DNA of 64,000 nt from positions 31,173 to 95,172 of IMG/VR virus record IMGVR_UViG_3300042991_000780; one strand, 5' to 3'. Positions 59,526 through 64,000 of this stretch are shown here, piece after piece; position 1 is the stretch's first letter; each line of letters begins with the position of its first letter. A program made the position numbers and the translations under genes. The notes below the pieces were generated by a model. That model was not told the DNA's origin. It made no database searches and saw nothing but the letters and a program-made list of their open reading frames with translations. Origin of the DNA: a virus.

Positions 59526-59987
59526 TTATTTTGTTAAGGTAATTATACCACCAATATATGGATATAATGAGGGTACTGTATCAAGTCGCAACATTAATTG
59601 ATTATTATCATAACTAATAACAGTAAATGTATATTTGATATCATCATTCACATAACCAAACGTATTAAATTTAATTGTGTCAACATCTTTAATAAAATCA
59701 AAAATAACACTACCACCAGCAGTACAAACCCAATCCATAAGCACCGTCATTGCATCGATATCAAATGTTAAAGACGAGAACATATTTTCAATATTTTCGG
59801 GCATAAACATTGAGGAACAATTATATTCAGTTCCCTCAAAATTGAATGATACAAAATTCCACGTACCATTGAGATTATCGAGAGTTATCAAACCCTCATC
59901 AACAACAGGGTCATCGTCTTTGCAGCAACTGAAACTCATCAGAGTTATTGCTATCATAATCGTCATAAGATGAATTAAATTTTTCAT
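59526..59987 (-). CDS. Lipocalin-like lipoprotein
   Basis: Signal peptide MKNLIHLMTIMIAITLMSFSCC followed by KDDD, then LNGTW. Confidence 0.7.
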   Translation of the reverse strand: MKNLIHLMTIMIAITLMSFSCCKDDDPVVDEGLITLDNLNGTWNFVSFNFEGTEYNCSSMFMPENIENMFSSLTFDIDAMTVLMDWVCTAGGSVIFDFIKDVDTIKFNTFGYVNDDIKYTFTVISYDNNQLMLRLDTVPSLYPYIGGIITLTK

Positions 59988-60075
59988 AAATTTTTCGTTT
60001 TAATTTGTATATAATACGTAAATATTCTGAAAATATTGCAAAAAACATAAAAAATTTTTAAGGTATTTATTATAT

Positions 60076-61329
60076 ATGGATGAAAACGTTAAAATATTAC
60101 TTGGTAGCACCAAGAATATCAAATCAGTTACACTTGATACATTTAATAAAATTGAATTGTGCGATAAACGTGCATTAATTCACGAATATGATATCAGAAA
60201 TGTGTTAAGTGCAACTGAAATATTTGACGCAGAAAGAGAAGCAAATGAAATTTATAGAATATATGGTAAGATTGAATATATGTCACTATTTAATGGATTA
60301 AAAAATAACTATTTAAAACTTCAGGATTTCTTTTTACCTGAAACTACTGGTACAACACATAAAGATATTTTTAATTCGTTTGATTTTTATTTGGTTAAAC
60401 CAGCAACAAGCGGTTATACTTATGTTAGTGGAATTACAGGAACAAGCACAATCACATATATTCGTTACTTTGAGGTAATTGCAACACCAAATGAATTTGA
60501 ACTTTATCCTGCTGGCTTTGGAAACAATGTGTACGGTGAACAAACATATGCTTTTAATTTTACCGATGATTTTGATGTTTCGAATTATTTTGATAATTTT
60601 GGATTTCCGGTAATTGAATTATTCATATATGCACAATATAAAAAAGCAACAATACCTGTGGAATCTACTTCAGCAACAACATGGTCTCACGTAACAGGTG
60701 TTTCAGGGAGAACAGCGTTTCAAACAATTCAACATAATATTGGTGATATTTTAAAAACTGGTGCAGGTAATGCAATTGGCGATGTTATTGAATACTCAGA
60801 TTCACAATTTTTTCAAGCACAAAAACATCCTCAAATATTCTACATTTCAACACCATATCAAAAAGAAATTATAACATATACGTATATTGTAATCTTTGGC
60901 TTTACAATTCCAATTCCACACGTAACAACAGTAACAAGTAGATTGATATGGAAATATAATCCATTCATGCCATTACCGTTAAGATATTTTGGTGATCAAT
61001 TAATGCGTGGAAATATTAGCGGTACGACATATGAGGTTGTTTCATCAATACCAGCATATGCAACAGAATATCCCGTTAATACCGGAAACTATGTTTGGCG
61101 AAACATTTTACCTCAAGGATATTTTGATCCAATAACCGATCTGGGGGTTGATTATCCATTCGTTAATAAAAGAAGATATTTATTTTCAAATATTTTATTT
61201 TATTTAACACCTGACTTAAATGATCCGGCAACACTTGATGCATTTGCAGAAATCAGATTCCCAACATCAACCGTTGTTAATAAAAATCCTGATGATGATT
61301 TAAATAATATCGGAAAGCCATGCCTATAA
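60076..61329 (+). CDS. Virion structural protein
   Basis: ERE....YRIYGKI, WRNIL..G, DYPFVN. GTATTTAT at 60063. Confidence 0.5.
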   Translation: MDENVKILLGSTKNIKSVTLDTFNKIELCDKRALIHEYDIRNVLSATEIFDAEREANEIYRIYGKIEYMSLFNGLKNNYLKLQDFFLPETTGTTHKDIFNSFDFYLVKPATSGYTYVSGITGTSTITYIRYFEVIATPNEFELYPAGFGNNVYGEQTYAFNFTDDFDVSNYFDNFGFPVIELFIYAQYKKATIPVESTSATTWSHVTGVSGRTAFQTIQHNIGDILKTGAGNAIGDVIEYSDSQFFQAQKHPQIFYISTPYQKEIITYTYIVIFGFTIPIPHVTTVTSRLIWKYNPFMPLPLRYFGDQLMRGNISGTTYEVVSSIPAYATEYPVNTGNYVWRNILPQGYFDPITDLGVDYPFVNKRRYLFSNILFYLTPDLNDPATLDAFAEIRFPTSTVVNKNPDDDLNNIGKPCL

Positions 61330-62156
61330 TAAGACAAATAGTAAAATATAATAATGGTAGCATTAGTGGTGATACACTAAATATTAAAATTAACTTAGGG
61401 TCAACTGATGCTTTTATTGGTTTACAACAGGAAATTGATAGTATGACATCATTTACCGGAATTGATTTAATTAATCCGGTAACTGATGGCGAAACAAGAA
61501 GATTTAAATATCATTCAGGTTCAGTAAAACTCAATTTTAAGTTTTATAGTAGTGGTATTGGTAATTGGTATAATAATTTTCTCGTACCCGGCTTTACAGC
61601 AACTGAAATAATAAATCATGAGAGTAATATGAATAAAAGTTTCTTTATTTTAGATTATTACGATTCATTTGATATCTACACACAAAATAGAATATTCACG
61701 ATGTATTTAACAAAAATTCTTCGTGAACCACCACCATATAATTCTGATTATATTATTAATTCTACGATTAATAACCAGTTTTATCGTTGGCATATTCCAC
61801 AATCATATATTGATGAATTAACTGGTGATACCATAACTGGATATGTTAAATTTAGTTTCTATAATGCAAAAAGTGGAAGAATACAACTTTTCTATAATTC
61901 AGATAATGAAGCATTAACAACACCTGAAAAATTCTATTTTAAAACTGAATTGAATCTTATTAATAGAACATGGCAGATCATTACGCCTTCAGTTACATCA
62001 ATAGGTGAAATTATTGCTAAAGAATTACCGTATTCAACAAATCAACAATATACAGATAGAGTTAATGATACTTTTGAGAACTTTGAAAATATACGACAAA
62101 ATTATCCAAGTGGATCAACATTTAACTATGAAGATGGTCATTATTTAATAACGTAA
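61320..62156 (+). CDS. Virion structural protein
   Basis: KSFFILDYYDS, FYNAKSG. Coupled to the preceding gene. Confidence 0.5.
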   Translation: MPIIRQIVKYNNGSISGDTLNIKINLGSTDAFIGLQQEIDSMTSFTGIDLINPVTDGETRRFKYHSGSVKLNFKFYSSGIGNWYNNFLVPGFTATEIINHESNMNKSFFILDYYDSFDIYTQNRIFTMYLTKILREPPPYNSDYIINSTINNQFYRWHIPQSYIDELTGDTITGYVKFSFYNAKSGRIQLFYNSDNEALTTPEKFYFKTELNLINRTWQIITPSVTSIGEIIAKELPYSTNQQYTDRVNDTFENFENIRQNYPSGSTFNYEDGHYLIT

Positions 62157-62905
62157 CCAAGCCTTGTTTTTCTAAGGGTTTTAACAATTTCAAACTCCTT
62201 TTCATCTTGAATAAATCCAAGAGTTTTTAAAGCATATTTTGAAACGAAGAATCTGTCACCATCAATATTTTCAATTGGATTTGCTTCAGCAAAACCTTCA
62301 AATAATAATGGAATTGGATTTCCTTTAACATTTAAATATTCCTGACGTGAAGCAAAATTCTTTAATACCTGTTCGTCATAAACGTTAACATCAACACGAT
62401 ATTTTGTAAATAATGCAACTTCATATGTCATATCAACATTAGTTGGTTCAGGCATTCTGAATTGTAAATAAATTATCTGACCCTCATCAAGAATCGGAAC
62501 GTTCATATACCTGAATTTACGTGGTTGAGGAACACGGTATTTTTTACCAAGCCTTGTTCCGGCTTGTTTATCGATTCGTCTTACTGTGATATATGGTGTT
62601 GGGACGTTTTTATCGTTATCCATGAACTTCCATGTTTTCGAAAATTCCCCCCAACGGTCATTATCAAGGTAAAATGATGGAACAATCTTATTATCAATGG
62701 TTAATTTCATTCCATCCAAATTAACATAATCAAAAACAGCCTGATCTATATCCTCAAGTAATATTGTTCTGGGTAGATACTTTGTTTTGGTATCTGTTAA
62801 ACGCATCAACTCTTCAATACGATCCATTCCATATTTAAGGTATTCAGTACCAACCTTTGGTGGATTAGTATCGATAGTAAGTTTTACTTTTTTTGGAAAT
62901 GACAT
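62141..62905 (-). CDS. Tail completion/terminator-like protein (gp15-like)
   Basis: LEDIDQA, PYITVRR, P..VDMTYEV. GTATTTAT at 62921-62928. Confidence 0.45.
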   Translation of the reverse strand: MSFPKKVKLTIDTNPPKVGTEYLKYGMDRIEELMRLTDTKTKYLPRTILLEDIDQAVFDYVNLDGMKLTIDNKIVPSFYLDNDRWGEFSKTWKFMDNDKNVPTPYITVRRIDKQAGTRLGKKYRVPQPRKFRYMNVPILDEGQIIYLQFRMPEPTNVDMTYEVALFTKYRVDVNVYDEQVLKNFASRQEYLNVKGNPIPLLFEGFAEANPIENIDGDRFFVSKYALKTLGFIQDEKEFEIVKTLRKTRLGYVIK

Positions 62906-62979
62906 TTTTACTGTTTCTTTATAAATACTCTTGCAGTTTAATTCTTAATTGTTTATATTTGCTAATTAATATTGAAAAT

Positions 62980-63315
62980 ATGTTAGTTGAACGCAAAGAA
63001 AAATTAAATGAAGATGGTAGTATTGGGTATGTTGAAGCCATCTTTGATTCCGATAACATACTAAAAACCACTTATTTTAAACAGACACAGAGACTTTACA
63101 TTGCATTTAACAGGGGTGGAACATATTCATATGAAAACGTAATACCTGAATTATATGAACAATTCGAAAATGCGGAATCGCAAGGTAAGTTTTTTCATCA
63201 AAACATCAGGAATAATAAAGAATATCCTTATCGCAAGGAATTTACGTTATACCCGAATGAGGTTGCCGATGCAAAACAAATAATCGAAGAACATAAAGAA
63301 GAAAAAGATGAATAA
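62980..63315 (+). CDS. KTSC domain protein
   Basis: DSDNI...Y......L.I.F..G..Y.Y..V....Y..F..AES.GKFF..NIR. TATATTTG promoter element at 62954. Confidence 0.8.
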   Translation: MLVERKEKLNEDGSIGYVEAIFDSDNILKTTYFKQTQRLYIAFNRGGTYSYENVIPELYEQFENAESQGKFFHQNIRNNKEYPYRKEFTLYPNEVADAKQIIEEHKEEKDE

Positions 63316-63598
63316 TATTGAACAACTTCAGAATTCAGTTGAATTACTTAAACAAGCATTGGCATTTTATGCCAATAAAGATAATTATGTAGCCAAACAT
63401 AATCAAAATAACGTGTTGTTTTCGTTCATTGAAATGGATAATGGTGTCCAAGCAAGATTTGCTCTTGAAAAACTTGAACAAATGGAAAATCTTTATAAAG
63501 AGGCTGAAGAAGATTATACAAAAGACATCAGCGATAAAGATGTTTTAAATGCTATTGAAGATTTTAAAAGATCAGCAGAAAATTTTCTAAGTAAATAA
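63308..63598 (+). CDS. Hypothetical protein
   Basis: Coupled ORF. Confidence 0.5.
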   Translation: MNNIEQLQNSVELLKQALAFYANKDNYVAKHNQNNVLFSFIEMDNGVQARFALEKLEQMENLYKEAEEDYTKDISDKDVLNAIEDFKRSAENFLSK

Positions 63599-63601
63599 GT
63601 T

Positions 63602-63976
63602 ATGATAAAAACATTTAACGAATACCAGAAAGAGGCTAATTTTCTTAAAATTTCCTTACATAAGTTTTTAGAGATACATCCAGATACACCACCAGAAGTA
63701 AAAGAATTACTTGCTGTTGCATATGATGGTTTGGGATTGGGTGAAGCGGGTGAAGTTCAGGGAAAAATTAAAAAGATTATCAGAGATAATGGTGGCTACA
63801 TCACTGCTGAAAATAAAATTGAAATAAAAAAGGAACTTGGCGATATTCTTTGGTATATTGCGTCAATGTGTGATAATCTTGGAATTAATATGGAAGATGT
63901 TGCAACAGGTAATATCGAAAAATTACAGTCCAGAAGGGACAGAGGAACATTACATGGAAGTGGAGATAACCGATAA
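63602..63976 (+). CDS. MazG-like nucleotide pyrophosphohydrolase
   Basis: FNEYQ, GEAGEV..KIKK, KELGDILWY, NIEKL..R..RG...GSGDNR. Confidence 0.9.
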   Translation: MIKTFNEYQKEANFLKISLHKFLEIHPDTPPEVKELLAVAYDGLGLGEAGEVQGKIKKIIRDNGGYITAENKIEIKKELGDILWYIASMCDNLGINMEDVATGNIEKLQSRRDRGTLHGSGDNR

Positions 63977-64000
63977 CACATGGAAATCAGATTTAAAAAA

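Noticed and set aside
1-64000. Stop-codon reassignment as in some large Bacteroidota phages
   Set aside because: Core genes are full length in the standard code, and no clear suppressor tRNA is present.

Overview
This is a 64 kb, AT-rich segment of a large T4-like myophage genome read in the standard genetic code. The host is probably Bacteroidota, judged from TAnnTTTG promoters, a lipoprotein with an acidic post-Cys signal and a DDLPF SSB tail. Left to right: (i) the start of a virion-type gene; (ii) an ARPP-1/DUF6569-like gene and a Ro60/TROVE-sized vWA gene, preceded on the same (-) strand by a ~2.2 kb region holding five copies of a structured RNA scaffold (invariant UUACAGUAA) that each carry a different, mostly tRNA-derived cargo, plus a tRNA-Met(CAU) and two free-standing endonucleases; (iii) a replication/recombination block (helicase, 5'-3' exonuclease, RecA/UvsX, SSB); (iv) probable head/internal proteins; (v) a ~19 kb sugar-nucleotide, glycosyltransferase and methyltransferase cluster including most of the ADP-heptose pathway; (vi) baseplate, tape measure and a chaperone pair with a -1 frameshift site; (vii) a gp55-like late sigma factor, spike, tail tube, sheath and other structural genes. 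The best candidate for an undescribed system is the vWA(Ro-like)/ARPP-1/modular tRNA-mimic RNA array at 674-5830. All family calls come from motif recognition by eye, all RNA folds were paired by hand, and no searches were run.
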